Positions 25,872 through 40,151 of a DNA stretch of 64,000 nt are shown here, piece after piece (the first letter of the stretch is position 1; each line of letters begins with the position of its first letter). The notes under the pieces are model-generated. The model made no database searches and was not told the origin of the DNA. It saw only the letters and a list, made by a program, of their open reading frames with translations. The position numbers and the translations under genes are program-made. This stretch comes from Octopus bimaculoides (Eukaryota): assembly GCF_001194135.2 (NCBI RefSeq), contig NC_068988.1:69199022-69263021 (forward strand), given 5' to 3'.

Positions 25872-26548
25872 GTAAAGTACTGTTGGTCAACCTTGAGTTC
25901 GATGATGAATTTATCACACAAGGAGTTCACCAGGGATCAGTTCTCAGAACCCTCTTATCCATCATAGTCCTCCTGGCCATAACAGTAGAATTTGAGACTA
26001 GCTGCCCATTGGAATTATTACGTGATGATGATCTTACTTCTATAGCAAAATTGAATGCAGAAGGGGAGAGGAAATTCCAGATAGAGAATTGAAACCTGGA
26101 ATCAAAATGCCTTAAAGTTAACTTAACAAAGACCAAAGCTTTCATTAGCAAGAAACCAAATAAGACTCTCCTTCCATCAGGTAAATAGGTGGCCCAGGGA
26201 ATGTAGGAAAGGTGCTGGAAGGAATTCTGTTTGATGCATGGACACATAAGAAGTGCTGTGGAATCAGATGTAGGTTAATAGAGGAAGTCATTTTTATAAG
26301 TGGCAGATACACAGGAGCAATAAGCACTAAATATGCATGGAAATTAGATTTTCTGCAAATGCCCAAGAGGCTCCCAAGAAGTTGTAAATATTTTCTGCTA
26401 CCTATGTGACTATAATAGCAGTGGAAGAGGATGTTCTGAACATATAGTTACCTGGATAAGAATAAGATGGAGTAAGTTCGGAGAACTATTAACTTTGTTG
26501 GCAACAAGCGGCCTCTCTCTCAGAGTGAAAGGCAGATTGTGTGCTGCT
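25870..26548 (+). mobile_element. RTE LINE RT fragment
   Basis: QGVHQGSVLRTLLSIIVL..ITVEFETSCPLELLRDDDL, LKVNLTKTK, RIRWSKFGELLTLLATSGLSLRVKGRLCAA; frameshifted. Confidence 0.85.
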
Positions 26549-26550
26549 TA

Positions 26551-26768
26551 TTCTTTTTACTCTTTTACTTGTTTCAGTCATTTGACTGTGGCCATACTGG
26601 AGCATCACCTTTAGTCGAGCAAATCGACCCCTGGACTTATTCTTTGTAAGCCTAGTACTTATTCTATCGGTCTCTTTTTGCCGAACCGCTAAGTGATGGG
26701 GACATAAACACACCAGCATCGGTTGTCAAGCAATGCTAGGGGGTGGAAACACAGACACACAAACATAC

Positions 26769-26857
<89 letters not shown>

Positions 26858-27019
26858 TACGACGTGCTTCAATCAGTTTCCGTCTACCAAATCCACTCAC
26901 AAGGCTTTGGTCAGCCCGAGGCTATAATAGAAGATACTTGCCCAAGGTGCCACGCAGTGGGACTGAACCCAGAACCATGTGGTTGGTAAGAAAGCTACTT
27001 ACCACACAGCCACTCCTGC
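26551..27019 (-). mobile_element. Full CORE-type tRNA SINE inserted in the RTE fragment
   Basis: Reverse complement of the 22879 family, head ending at cactcctgc; RTE-like coding resumes afterwards (V*TAMFHG). Confidence 0.85.
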
Positions 27020-27110
27020 ACCTAGTGTATAAACAGCTATGTTCCATGGACACTGGTGCATGATACAGTCCTTGACCCATCAGATCCTTTTAAACCATTC
27101 AATCCATGTA

Positions 27111-27634
27111 TAAGGTTGTATGGAAAGTTCTGAGTGTTTTTAAGCTAAGTCTTTTAATGCTTCATTGAACACACCTGAAACATAACACAGTTAACACTTT
27201 GGTGCTGCTTGAAGTGGTAGTTCATCTCTTTGTTTCTAACTAAAAATAGATTTGTCTTCCATTCTGGCTACCTTTTATTGACATTTGAAATGGATAGTCA
27301 AAAAATTCATATTCTCATTGTAATGCTTTTCTTTTTTTAAAAAAGGAGAAAATGCTGCAAAGACTTGCAAAAACGTTTGCAAAGTTTATGGTGATGATGC
27401 TGTGGGTGAATCAACTGTTCGAATGTGGTTTGCAAAATTTAAAGCTGGAGAGTTTAGCTTCAAAGAGGACAGTCACAGTGGAAGACCTTCAAAATTGGAT
27501 GAAGTTGTTCTGAAGGCAAAACTCAAAGAAAACTCAGGACTTGCAGAGAAGTTGGAAGTTTCTAAAAGTATGGATCATGGAGTGTATACTTTTTTGCATA
27601 TTAAAAAATTTTCAGAACTTTCCAGACAACCTAA
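27111..27634 (+). mobile_element. Internally deleted mariner
   Basis: 23-bp TIRs taaggttgtatggaaagttctga / tcagaactttccagacaacctaa, TA on both sides; N-terminal HTH remnant GESTVRMWFAKFKAGEFSFKEDSHSGRPS. Confidence 0.9.
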
Positions 27635-27692
27635 TAATATAGAATATGAACATTACATGTTGCTAATGATGATGATACAAATAAGTATAATA

Positions 27693-27822
27693 ATAGATAG
27701 ATAAATAGATAGATAAATTGATAAATATATAGATAGAAAAATAGACAGACAGACAGACAGACAGAAAGACAGACAGACAGACAGACAGACAGATAGATAG
27801 ATAGACAGACAAACAGACAGAC

Positions 27823-27880
<58 letters not shown>

Positions 27881-27909
27881 CTAGCTAGCTAGCAAGATAG
27901 ATAGATAGG

Positions 27910-27950
<41 letters not shown>
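27693..27950. repeat. (GATA)n/(GACA)n compound microsatellite
   Basis: Direct reading. Confidence 0.95.
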
Positions 27951-28815
27951 TATGTTGAATATTTCATTTAGTCCCTTTTATTACTATGCATCTGGCATGA
28001 GGTAGTCATATGGCTCAGTCATTCACAGCTTATGGCTATACTTCTATCATGAAAGCCTCCTATCTCCCTCATAAATTTCATTTACATTTACCTTACTTCA
28101 CTCACATCAGATTACCTAGCCATTAAATGTCTGTAGTGAATGGAAAACTGTTCAGATAAGCATTCTTCCTTGCTTTTATTATGGTGACATCTAGTTTTAT
28201 TTCAATTGAATGCCTATGTCTAAAACCATGCTGTCTTTATGTTAAACACTATTTAAATTAATTTATTCTTGTAAAATGTGCTGGGCTAACTCTCATCTAT
28301 ACTGTCCTGAATATGTATATTCTGTACATCCACACTATTTCAGTTAGTTTTGTTTGTCTGCTTCATTTTAGAAATTTCATTTTCAGCAATTTTATTCTTA
28401 GCTTGTTAAATATTTTATGTGGCCTCCATTATTAATAAGTTTCTGGTGTAGGGTAGCTCCCACCCCTACCATTTACTGTAAAAGTATTTCTCTTAGAACC
28501 TTTCTTTTAGACCTGAAATTTGTATGGAAAGCTATGTCCCACCTCTTTCCTCCTACCAACATCAGATCATCACCACCTGCAGTACAACTATATAAATAGT
28601 CATAGCTAACTTGCTTGCATCCAAAATATAAGTGACAAGTGTACTTGCCAGTGCGTTAATTATCAGTGCTGTTTTATCTTTGGATAAGCACACTGAGTAC
28701 CCAATGCAAACTATGGACACATATGTGGTGCAGCAGTAAAAGGTGCAGCAGTAAAAGGTGCAGCATGGAAAGGTTAAGAACGATAGTAGTTTTTGTGTAT
28801 GGCAGATGTGCAAAT

Positions 28816-29135
28816 GGAGGCGAAATGGCCCAGTGGTTAGGGCAGCGGAATCGCGGTCGGAGGATTGCGGTTTCGATTCCCAGACCGGGCGTTGTGAGTG
28901 TTTATCGAGCGAAAACACCTAAGCTGCACGAGGCTCTGGCAGTGGGGAGGGTCCCCTGTCGTGCTCTTTTGCCCCAACTTTCTCTCACTCTTTCTGCCTG
29001 TTTCTTGAGTAACGCTGCGATGGACTGGCGTCCTGTCCAGCTGGGGGGGGGGGGGAACACATACACCATAGAAACCGGGAAACTGGGCCCATGAGCCTGG
29101 CTAGGCTTTGAAAGGGTGACGTTTATCATTTTTTT
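28816..29135 (+). mobile_element. tRNA SINE with head H1 and V-domain-like tail T2
   Basis: 12-bp TSD agatgtgcaaat (28804-28815, 29136-29147); head matches 4016; tail ctgcgatggactggcgtcctgtccag. Confidence 0.9.
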
Positions 29136-29184
29136 AGATGTGCAAATACAATAAACACTATGAATATACAGAGAATAAAATTCA

Positions 29185-29490
29185 AATGTGCAGTGGAATC
29201 ATTTGAAGATTTTTGGAGAAAAATTGGGCATTAGAGGCATCAGATGTAGTGTGCAAGAGAGAGGACTGTGCTGGTATGGTCAGATGATGTGGATGGATAA
29301 GGACAGCTGCACAAAGAAATGCTGATCTCTAATTATGAAGAGAATCTGTGGAAGGGGTTGACCCAGAAAGATGGGGAACAAAATAGGGAGAAAGGATCTT
29401 CAGATGCTGAATCTCACTGAAGAGATGACAAGAGGCCAAGACTTCTGGTGATTTGCTGTGCTTGAGAAGACCCATCACACTAAGTAAAAT
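29185..29490 (+). mobile_element. RTE LINE ORF C-terminal fragment
   Basis: EKLGIRGIRCSVQERGLCWYGQMMWMDKDSCTKKC...GRG*PRK...KDLQMLNLTEEMT. Confidence 0.75.
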
Positions 29491-30586
29491 CATGGTCATC
29501 CATACATAGAGGCATGTCCTTTACAGCCACACCCCACCTCAAATGCACACATAATTATATAAAAGCCAGGTGTACCCTCTTATATGAGTGAAACAGACTG
29601 TTGTTTAAGTAATACATTTTGAAGCACCTTCACAAAAGTCTCCAGGGCACCAAGCACTAAACCATAGTCCACTATTTCAATATACCAGACCATTCTATTA
29701 ACCACTCAACCTGGTATTTTCCGACAAAATGAGACATCATATTCTTTCTAGAAAGCCTAAAGAACAATGCACATTTTCTTCAGTGAGCTTAACAGTAGTT
29801 TCTCTGTCTCCTGTTCATACGCCATTCCACTTGTATTTATGGTTGTACATATATGTGTATTTTATAGATGTTGTCCTGACACAGTTTTGCATATATATAA
29901 ATGTGCGTATATAATTGTGAGTAAAAATATATTGATACAGAATAGTTCTGTATGAATATGCTAAATATTTTCATGTTTATAGGCATGTAAGGTTATACAC
30001 ATGCCTGAATTTACATGGATGTGATGTATATATATATATACATATATATGGTGTTCATGATGAGATTGTGTAGCCCTGTATAGACTAATATATATATGCT
30101 TCTATGTAATAATATTGAAGTTAGCCACTTAATTTCAGTCATGTAACATGTTTGTACAGCCTTAGATATGTGCATACTTGTGTGTAAGAATATGAGTAGT
30201 TTGATTTCAGTTTTTCGTATGTATCTCTATGGGCAGGTATGTGTACTCACCAAGGTAAAAGCAATGGACCATACACTTTTGTTAATCTAGTAACATTTGC
30301 AATTTTAATATGCACTTTACTTCAAATATACTCCTTCTTTCTCCATATGCTCCTAACAGAAGTTTTAGGAGAAAAGCATGTTATATACATAAACATGTTG
30401 CAGAGAGTTTTATTAAGAAAAATGAAGCACTGAAAATTTCCAGATACTCATTTTTACATCCTTAAATCGCAGGTTGCTTTGTATTATTATTCAGATAAAA
30501 AGTTTGCAACCAAATATTTAAAAAAGTCAAGAAGTGTATTTAAGGTTTCTTTTAATTGGAAGAGTTCAAGATGTTTCTTTTCATGT

Positions 30587-30795
30587 TTAACCCTTTAGCA
30601 ATTAGATTATTCTGTCAAATGTGATGATTATTTATCCACATTGTTTAAAGTTGATAATGTGTAATCTCCTAACGTCAAGATTTCGATGATGTGATTGATT
30701 ATTTTTGAATGAAATTGTAGGGTAGGTGTGAGATATCAGATTTGGCTGGCTTGAATGTTTTTAGACCAGTGGCCAGTTAAGCATTAAAGAGTTAA
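30587..30795. mobile_element. piggyBac-like MITE (TTAA ends)
   Basis: ttaaccctttagcat ... gcattaaagagttaa; a reverse-oriented partial copy lies at 33951-34093. Confidence 0.7.
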
Positions 30796-31159
30796 AGCAA
30801 AAGCTCTGCATAAATAGCTCTGATTACATGGATAGCTAGATTAACTAAGATTTGTTTTGAGTGAGGTGCTTTCAAGGGAAATGAAATTCCATGCTGATGT
30901 GACTGATGTGGATATTCAAGATCAAATTCTATTTTTCATGAAGTCGCCACAACAAATTCTCTAACACATAAGCTACCAAAAGAATTAAATCTTTATTTTT
31001 CTGCTTATAATGATAAGTTTAGACATCCAGAAGATTGGAACACAAAAAAAAAAAAAAAAAAGATCTGGTAGGCCCAGAACTACTATTATAACAAGAGATG
31101 AGTGACAGTTCAAATTCAGAAAGAAACAAAATCCTGTATCAAGTTTCAAGAGAGTTTGG

Positions 31160-31600
31160 AACAGCTGAAAACAAGGCCATATATTGAGAAAGGAGTTCAA
31201 AGTTAGCAAGGAGTCTGTTCTTTTATACGGGGCTGAAACATGGATGCTCACTAAAGCATTGAAGAAGCAGTTGGATGGTTGTTATACGAGGATGCTTAGA
31301 ATAGCACTCGATGTCTCCTGGATGAGTCATACAACAAACGCTGACCTATACCAGGGACTACCAAAAGTAACATTGAAGATACAGCATAGAAGGATGAGGC
31401 AAGCTGGTCAATGCACCAGACATACCGAAGAAATTGCTAACAAGCTAGTGCTCTGGCAACCAACGGATGGAAGAACCAGGAAAGGAAGGAGGAAGGCGAC
31501 ATATATCAACAATTTACTGTAGGATACTGGTATGGAAAGGGTACAGGAGCTGAGGACCATTATGGAAGATCAAGATGAAAGGGGGTAAAATGTGTGGAAA
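31160..31600 (+). mobile_element. RTE/RTE-X LINE 3' ORF fragment
   Basis: ESVLLYGAETWMLTKALKKQLDGCYTRMLRIALDVSW...LVLWQPTDGRTRKGRRKATYI. Confidence 0.85.
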
Positions 31601-32185
31601 CAGTCTTGGGGCATCCTGAGGGACTACCTAGATAGATAGAAATCCCTGATAACCAAAAACATAAGAATAGTTTGCACTTTTTGGTGAGAGATGGTGATTT
31701 ATTATCAAACAGGTTTTAGAAAGTCTTTTAAAGTGATAAATCAAAATTTAATCTTTGAAGTTATACTCCATGACGTTGCCTTCATTGTTCAATTGAAGCT
31801 CGATTGAAGAGAGTCAATGTTTATTACTAGATGTTAGCCTGAAATTGGTCGAGAACGATCACACAGTATAACAGTTTGATGTCAGTATTTCAGCAACAAC
31901 AATAAGTTGGAAGATACCCCATAGTGAACAGGAAATCCACCCTGTGGTGAACAGGAAATGGACTGTGTGGTGGACAAGAAATCAGTCATGTGGTTGAGGG
32001 AAGTAGGAAGGGGAGGTAGATGTAAGGGTATATATGTATATATATATGTACATGTGTATGTCCATATATCTGCATGTATGCATCTGTACTTATATGAGTG
32101 TGTATATGTGCTTAGATGTACATTTACACATCTGCATGCATGTGTGCACACATGTATACACACACACACACTCACACACACATGT

Positions 32186-32217
<32 letters not shown>

Positions 32218-32987
32218 ACACAAACATATAGCATCTCATTTTGATTTGGAGAAGAATTTTGCACTTTACTATTATTATCACTCCCATTGCTGTTATTATT
32301 ATTATTATTACAATTATTTCTGTGGGTAAGTACATTAATATCACTATTTTCTTGTTACTGTTCTTGCTTTTGCTGTTAATGCTAGAATTATTGGTGTAAG
32401 TTAGGTAATTATTCTCAATTCACAAGAGATTCCCTCTTTATTCAAATAAGGAAGATGGTTACCATTGTAAAAGGAAACATTTTCACCAATAATATATTGA
32501 AATAAATTTCTTATTTCACAGCAGGAATAATAAAGCCAATAACATGATTTATTTTCAGTTGTGAGGAAAATATAAAATAGTTCAGCTTTCCCCTTCTTTT
32601 TCATATAATAACAATAAAATAAACACGAATCAGGAATAAGTCAAATAAGAAATGCTTCAAGATATGTCTTTCACTCATAAAAACACAATCATTGTAACAA
32701 TAAGTGTGTTCTAAACAGAAAAATAATCAATTCTAAGCTAGTGAACTTCATATTTCATTAAGCCTAATAAATGACCAATATTTATTTTATTACCCAGGAG
32801 CGATGGTATGCAATGTTATGTCTGGTGGGATTTGAAACTGTATTCAGAGAAACTACAACTAGATATTGGTAAATATTCTGCCAAGAGCACTAACAATTCA
32901 AACATCTACCTAACTAATAAATAGCTGGGTGATTTCTCATGTAGCATCTAAGGAATTAGCTTTATAACCTTGTCTTTTATTCCAGGC

Positions 32988-33405
32988 TTAACCCTTTTAT
33001 TATGTATTTGTGTCAAAATATACTGCTTTTGTTTCCATTAATTTTAAAATAATAAAGAAATTAGTAACTTAATTTTGTTAATGTTAATCTAGAATTGAGA
33101 ACATAAATTGACATGATATTTTATCAACAATTTTTTATTCAAATCACTTTAACCTTTTCGTTATTGTATTTTGAGATGATCTTTAACCCTTTCATTACTT
33201 ATTTTGAGATGCTCTGTGTTTCCTTCAATTACTTTAAAAACAACAAAGAATTTAGTAAAATAACTTAGTTATCATTCAGCTAGTGTTAGGAACATAAATT
33301 GTGACTAAGGTTTGGTGGAAAATTTTAATTCAAAATTTATGGAAACAAAACGTTTTCACCCAGAGCCAGAGCCGGTTTCAGCCAGGATGGTAACAAAAGG
33401 GTTAA
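32988..33405. mobile_element. piggyBac-like MITE (33183-33405) preceded by a decayed copy
   Basis: Left ends ttaacc(c)ttt at 32988, 33149 and 33183; right end gtaacaaaagggttaa at 33390-33405; the bodies share tacttagttatcatt / agaacataaattg-like motifs. Confidence 0.7.
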
Positions 33406-34138
33406 AGCAAGAAGTTTTTATCACCAAACCAGGTATGCTCTCAGTTTGATATCAAAAGAGTTGAATTATTGATAGTCTGCTGAACTACTTCATTACTTAT
33501 GTATCTTTAATATAAGCTATCCAAATTTTAGTATGTTTTACATTTGGAGTATTTAATATATTATGTCTATAATTTTTTTTCTGGATTCCTTTTTGATCTT
33601 GCTCTACTCCTCATAGTCTAGATATATCAATTTCTATGATTTCTTACTCACACAAAGTGAATTTTGTTATTGAATGAAAAATGTCCTACAAAGAATGTGG
33701 GTTGTGTACAGCACTTATTTTTCCTTTATGGCTCTTTGGGCTCTGTCTAGAGTTGTGAGCCCTGATATTATCTTACAATATTAATAAGAAGGTTAGTGTG
33801 GTATATTGGCAAAATTGCTTGTGTTCAACAAAATGCCTTGCATGTTTTCTTCTGGTTCTTTACATTCTGAACTCAAATCCCACAGAGGTTGATACTGCTT
33901 TCATCCCTCTTAAGTTGGGAAAAAAAGCGTAAGTGATGTACTGGGTCAATTTGACTCTTTAGTATTTAAACTGGCTGTATCAGGTCCAAATATTCTACTT
34001 TGCTTTATATTCAAACTGGTTAGATTCAGCCTCTCACACCTACTCTATAATGTCATTCTAAAAATTAACAATCGCATCATCAAATTTTTTAAGTTTTGTT
34101 ATTGAATGAAAAATGTCCTACATAGAATGTGGGTTGTA

Positions 34139-35736
34139 TCAGATCATTAAGAATGAAATGTCTGATTTTCTTATGCACCAAGTTTGACAGTCGTTAGCTT
34201 TAATATTTTATCCTGACAATTCTTTGTTTTACAACATTGAAGAGTTTTCTCTTGTTAGTTAATTTTTGTGAACCCATGGATAGATAAAAATTTTTGTTGT
34301 ATATGAATATGAGTTCCATCATGGAGGAGCCAATGCATCCCAGACAGCTCAAGACATCAATGAGGTGTTTGCTGAAGATGTGACGGATGAGTACACTGTA
34401 CATTGATGGTTTGAGAAGTTCTGATATGGTGACTTTATTCTTGAAAATCAGTCCCGGGGTAGACCTGAGACCAAGGTAGATAATGATGAGCTGGAAACTG
34501 TAGTGGAAGTGGATACATCTCAAATTATGCGTGAGTTAGCAGCAAGGTTTGATGTTTCAATTCCAACTGTATTGGACCATCTGAAACAAATCGGCAAGGT
34601 AAAGAAGCTGGCCAATTGGAGTGGGTACTACATAAACTGAACAAGCATCAAATGACAGGTCGTCTTGAAACTTGTTGTTTCTTACTGTCATGTAATAAAA
34701 GCAAACCATTTTTGTATTGTACTGTTACGTGTGATGCAAAAATGGATTCTTTTCACCAATAGCAAGCATAGTGATGAGATAGAGACGAAGTGCCAAAACA
34801 CAATCCAGAAAGAATATTCACCAAAAAAAGCTAATGGTGTCTGTTTGGTGATCCAGCACTGGTGTCATTCATTACAGTTTCATGAGACATGGTAAGTCAA
34901 TTACAGTGGATGTATACATCAACCGTGGAGGCGCAATGGCCCAGTGGTTAGGGCAGCGGATTCGCGGTTTCAATTCCCAGACCGGGTGTTGTGAGTGTTT
35001 ATTGAACGAAAACAACTAAAAGCTCCACGAGGCTCCGGCAGGGGATGGTGGCGAACCCTGCTGTACTCTTTCACCACAACTTTCTCTCACTCTTACTTCC
35101 TGTTTCTGTAGTGCCTGTAATTCAAAGGGTCAGCCTTGTCACACTGTGTCACGCTGAATATCCCCGAGAACTATGTTAAGGGTACATGTGTCTGTGGAGT
35201 GCTCAGCCACTTGCACGTTAATTTCATGAGCAGGCTGTTCTGTTGATCGGATCAACTGGAACCCTCGTTGTCATAACCGACAGAGTGCCGACCATATATC
35301 AACCAACTGGATGAATTGATGAAGTGACCTTGCAATTAAACAACTGAGATTGGTCAATACAGAATGGCCAGTTCTCTTACAAGACAATGCTCAACTACAT
35401 GTTGCACAAAGAACACTACTCAAGTTACAGGAACTGAACTTGGAAGTACTCTGTCATCTACCATATTCACCAGACCTTGCACCAACTGACTATCGTGTTT
35501 TTCAGGCATTAGACAACGTTTGCAAGGAAAAAAACTTCAAATCTGAAGAAGATGTAAAAACAGCCTTTCGTGATTTGATCGCCTCTTCCTCTTCAGTACT
35601 CTTTGCTGCCAGTATAAACAAGCTACCGATAAAATGGCAAAATTGTGCTGATAATTTAGGTGCATACTTTGATCAACTACATTGCTTTTTGTTAAGATAA
35701 AGTAAAATAAACTTTCAGTTCAAAATCGGACATTTC
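34139..35736 (+). mobile_element. mariner DD34D transposon, decayed, with a nested SINE
   Basis: Transposase remnants from HTH (WFEKF..GDFILENQSRGRP) through VTCD, LQDNA and YSPDLAPTDY, 34 residues between the last two D; left TIR tcagatcattaagaatgaaatgtctgatttt after TA; right TIR partial aaaatcggacatttc. Confidence 0.92.
34925..35293 (+). mobile_element. tRNA SINE (H1+T1) nested in the mariner ORF
   Basis: TSD-like atacatcaacc / atatatcaacc; the transposase frame (..VDVYIN|QLDEL..) rejoins across it. Confidence 0.92.
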
Positions 35737-36114
35737 CTTTTCGGGCTCTTTGGGGTCTGTTTAGAGTTGTGAGCCCTGATATTGTCTTTCAGTATTAATA
35801 AGAAGGTTAGTGTGGTGTATTGGCAAAAATCGTAGCCATGCTGGGATACTGCCATGATTAATTCAAAACAATGTGAATCAATAAGTATTATAGTTGACAG
35901 AGTAATCCAGATGCTAAAGCGTTAATTATGCCAATCCACTACCCTTATAGTCATTTCTAAAGTAGACACAAAGTTGACTTCAGAAGTTGGGTATTGTCAA
36001 CTAAATGAGATCCCAAGGATAAATGGCTAAGTTGACTTTATTGGGATTTAAACTCCAGAATGTTAAGGAATGTAATGAAATGCAGCAAAGTAGCATTTTG
36101 TTCATTATTCTATC

Positions 36115-36525
36115 ATTTATCTTTTACTTGCTTCAGTAGTTAGACTGTGGCCATGCTGGGGCACCACCATGAAGAATTTTACTGAAATGAATTGACACCA
36201 GTACTTATTTTTTTTAAGCCTGGTATTTATTTTATCAGTCTCTTTTAACAAGTTGCTAAGTTACAGGGATGTAAACACACCAAAACCAGTTTGCAAGCTG
36301 TGGCGTGGGGCACAGACACAGACACAAACACAAACACACACACATACACACACACATGATGGGCTTCTTTTACTTTCTGTCTACCATATTCACTCAGAAG
36401 GCTTTGGTCAGCCTGATGCCATTGTGGAAGACGCTTGCTCAAGGTGCTATGCAGTGGGACTCTATTTGAAACAACATGGTTGGGAAGAAAACTCCTTACC
36501 AAACAACCACACCTCATAATAATTT
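36115..36525 (-). mobile_element. Older CORE-type SINE
   Basis: Reverse complement of the 22879 family with an internal (CA)n. Confidence 0.75.
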
Positions 36526-37177
36526 TTATTTGCTACAGGAACATTACAAGAACAGATAACTTTTAGAACCCTAGAGTATAAAGAACCTCAGAATTCTAAA
36601 AAAAAGTTGAGGCAAAATATATTATGGAAAACTGAGAGTTCTATAAGACTTTACAAGATGTTTTAAAAGAAGAATTACTGCAAACCATCACTTCCATTCA
36701 TGGAAATTGTGTAATAACTCTAAACACGGATTAACTACATTCTTTAATTTGATATTTTGAAAACAAACAAAAAAAAATGCTACCAATTAGTTTTATTGTT
36801 GATGTTTCTTGCTACAGTTGTTTTCTACTTCATCTTATTTTGTATGTGAATAAAATGAGGTTTAATGCGATAGAATGTAAACACTTGAAACTATTTGTGA
36901 AAATGTGAGAGCAAACATGTAAACAGAATCCGTCTTTTATTTCCTCTGTTCTACCTATTTTAGAAATAGCAAAAGATAATATTAAAATAAAGAAGTAGAT
37001 TGTAAGGAATAAAATGCCACCAATTGTTGGTTAGCATGTTATGAATAATTAAAATAAAGCGTTTGAATAAAAGATAAAAAAATTGAGCATTTGTCTTTGT
37101 TAAACTGATACCAAAGATAGACAATTCTTTGACTGATCTCAGGTGGTACATTAAAGTATGCCAAACAGTTTATGCAT

Positions 37178-37236
<59 letters not shown>

Positions 37237-38559
37237 GTGAAAATAAAACATCTATGATGAACTATTGAGAAACTTATAGTTACTATACCTGGATTATAAG
37301 TTCAGGTATTTATTGGAGAACTGGGCTATGTAACAAACTGCTTGCCTAACACTAATCTTGAAAAATGAGCCTTATCAAAACTAGAAAGGAGAAAACTATT
37401 TCGAAGACTACAGATTCAAGCCATCAATGGAACTATAAAAATTTGTAAAACTTTCCAGAAGTTTAGCATTTGAGCATAGACATATGTGTCTACACATGCA
37501 ACTATATGCATGAGATTACATACATAAAACAAAACATACAAAACTACACATGCACAGACTCAAAATTCTACACACACACATGCATATGCAAAAACTTTGT
37601 TGATATTGTTGAAATTTCAAAGGTGGAGCCTGGGATCAAGGTTAGAATCTAGGTTAGAAACCATCTTTTGACTCTTGGCAAGAAATCTTGAAATGAAACA
37701 GAATAGTAACATACATACATGTATTCATGAATGCATACACACACACATACACACACACATATGTGCATGTACACATACACACATGGATTACATACATTCA
37801 CACTCATAGATAAAGACAGTTATTCTTATGTTCATACATACAAACAAGCATACATACATTACATACAAACATCCTAATATTCATATACTAGGGAAAAGGA
37901 GAACATCTTTGGAAAACTAAGAGAAACATATGCCTCATATCTAGATTATAGATTTTTGTTTGTGACTATTATCAAAGGAGCCCTGATCTGTGTAACTTCA
38001 GATTTACATTTTAAAACCTAGAAATGTTGGGTTTCTTCAAGAAAGATCAAAGCTAACAGATCCAAATTTTCCAAATCAATGAATGAATGAAAACTTGTAA
38101 AATATTCCAAGTATTCTTCAATCGAGGTTTCTAGACTGAGCACGTGTACATGATGTGTGTGTGTTTGTGCGTGTGAACTACATACACACCCATACACACT
38201 TTAATAGTAGTGAAGCACACAGGCTTGCAAACTAAAATGACATGTTTATGTTTATCCTCCTATACACATACATATATACACATATTACCAAGCTCACGTA
38301 TCAACACATTCCAAGAGCTGACTTGACTTAAACAAAAAAGCCTTGCCATTTTGATAGTGACTGGCTTGGTTTCTGCAAACGAAAAAAAAAATCATCACAA
38401 AGAAATAACAGCCATTCACTCACACACACACATACACATATACAAGAATACATACAGACATACACATCTAAATACACACTTACAAACATACATAGATCGA
38501 TACATCTATGCATACATTGGTTTGGAGGAGCTGTGCCACTGGTGTTTGCTAACTGGTCA

Positions 38560-39050
38560 AGACTGATTATAAGGTCACTTGCATCATAGAACTTAAAGAA
38601 CCTGAATTCTCCTCATTTATGGGGCTATAGTTATAGCTTCTATGTACACCTTGGAATCAATTGCGCTTCTGTCCAGCATATCTATTGAAGTAACCAGCAA
38701 TGAAAATAAGGTTTCTGTCGTTGAGGTAATCTGCAAAATGTTTTTATAAAATTGGTCTTTTGCTCATCTGCCAATCCTGATTGAGGATTACTGTGGTTTT
38801 ATTTTAAAAGATTAGTCCAATGTTAATTATAGTATTGCACATTCTTATTTTCTTCCCAACTACTTCCATCCATCCTTATATAATGCAAGGTTACCATCCA
38901 TCTTCTCCACAACAAAACATCGACACATGTCCCTCTATCATACTCCAGCCTTTCAATACTTGGTATGAAGCCACCTCTCCTTCTCAAGTACTCCATCCTC
39001 AACTTAGTTGAGAGGTATTTTCTTTTTCCTTCTCATGTCTTGCAATACTT
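38560..39050 (-). mobile_element. RTE LINE apurinic endonuclease fragment
   Basis: Minus strand: PQSGLADEQKTNF...NDRNLIFIAGYFNRYAGQ..FQGVHRSY, matching the YAPQ / GDFNGHVG / GVHGG pattern of RTE endonucleases. Confidence 0.7.
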
Positions 39051-40108
39051 TGATGACTTCACTAGTACTACTCACACAAGATAAATATCCAGTAGACACT
39101 GAAAAGTGTCTGGCATTAGAAAGGGCATCCAGCCTTAGAAACCATGCCAAAGCTGACACTTGGGTTCAACACAGCCCTTCAGCTTACCTATAGGTTTGGG
39201 GACAAACGGACCGTTTTTCTTAGTTCTGGTTTGCATTCATAATTCCCCATTCTCTCTCTTTCTGTATATGTGAGTGAAAGAGTGTGTGTGTATGTGTACA
39301 CACACTTGGTCTATTGCATACCTCAGGTTATTGCCTCCATCTAAAAAATATAGGGGTAGCCATTATCTTTCGTTGGTCAACCAATGATAAATGATATTAA
39401 ATGATGGCTGGATTCCATATTTTACAAGAGAGTTTTTGATTAGTCAATCAGTTTAGCTTTAGTGAGATGCAGAAAATCAATTTCTGGGTCAGTGCTTTTT
39501 GCATTCTATCTATCTATCTATCTATCTATCTATCCATCTATCTATTCACTTGTCTGTCTGTTTATCTGTCTACATGTCTATCTATCACCCTATTTGTATT
39601 CATGATTTGAACAACCAAAAAGATTCTTTAAGAACAGTCTTTACCTTTTTAATCCACAAAAACCGTCTCTATCTTGATTCTGACTGTCATAAGATCACAA
39701 TCATACTAAGAGATCCAATTTAGATTGAAATGTGCATATGTGATGGGAATTTTATAATTTTTATTTGCCATGAAAGAAGAAATATTCTAGATATGATTCT
39801 ATAATTAAATTTTAATTATTATTGCTATGAAATGACTATACATTAAGATAATAATGATGTGTGTGTATGTGTGTGCAATTTGCAAGCAGTTCTATGCAAC
39901 TTGCCAATTATCAAGAGCTAAAATGGCATTTTATATAGTATTTATTGCACAAATCACAAAGTTATTTGATTTTTTTGAGAAACTCAATACTTTCGAGGAA
40001 ATCCTCACGGTTGAGAGCTCACATGAGCCAGACAATATAATTTTCACTCTATTTTCCTTGCCTTGCACGAAATATGAATGAATATGTGCACACGTGTGTG
40101 TGTGTGTA

Positions 40109-40151
<43 letters not shown>

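Noticed and set aside
32798-32805. 8-nt microexon with good flanking signals
   Set aside because: It lies inside a decayed Deu/Nin-like SINE on the opposite strand.
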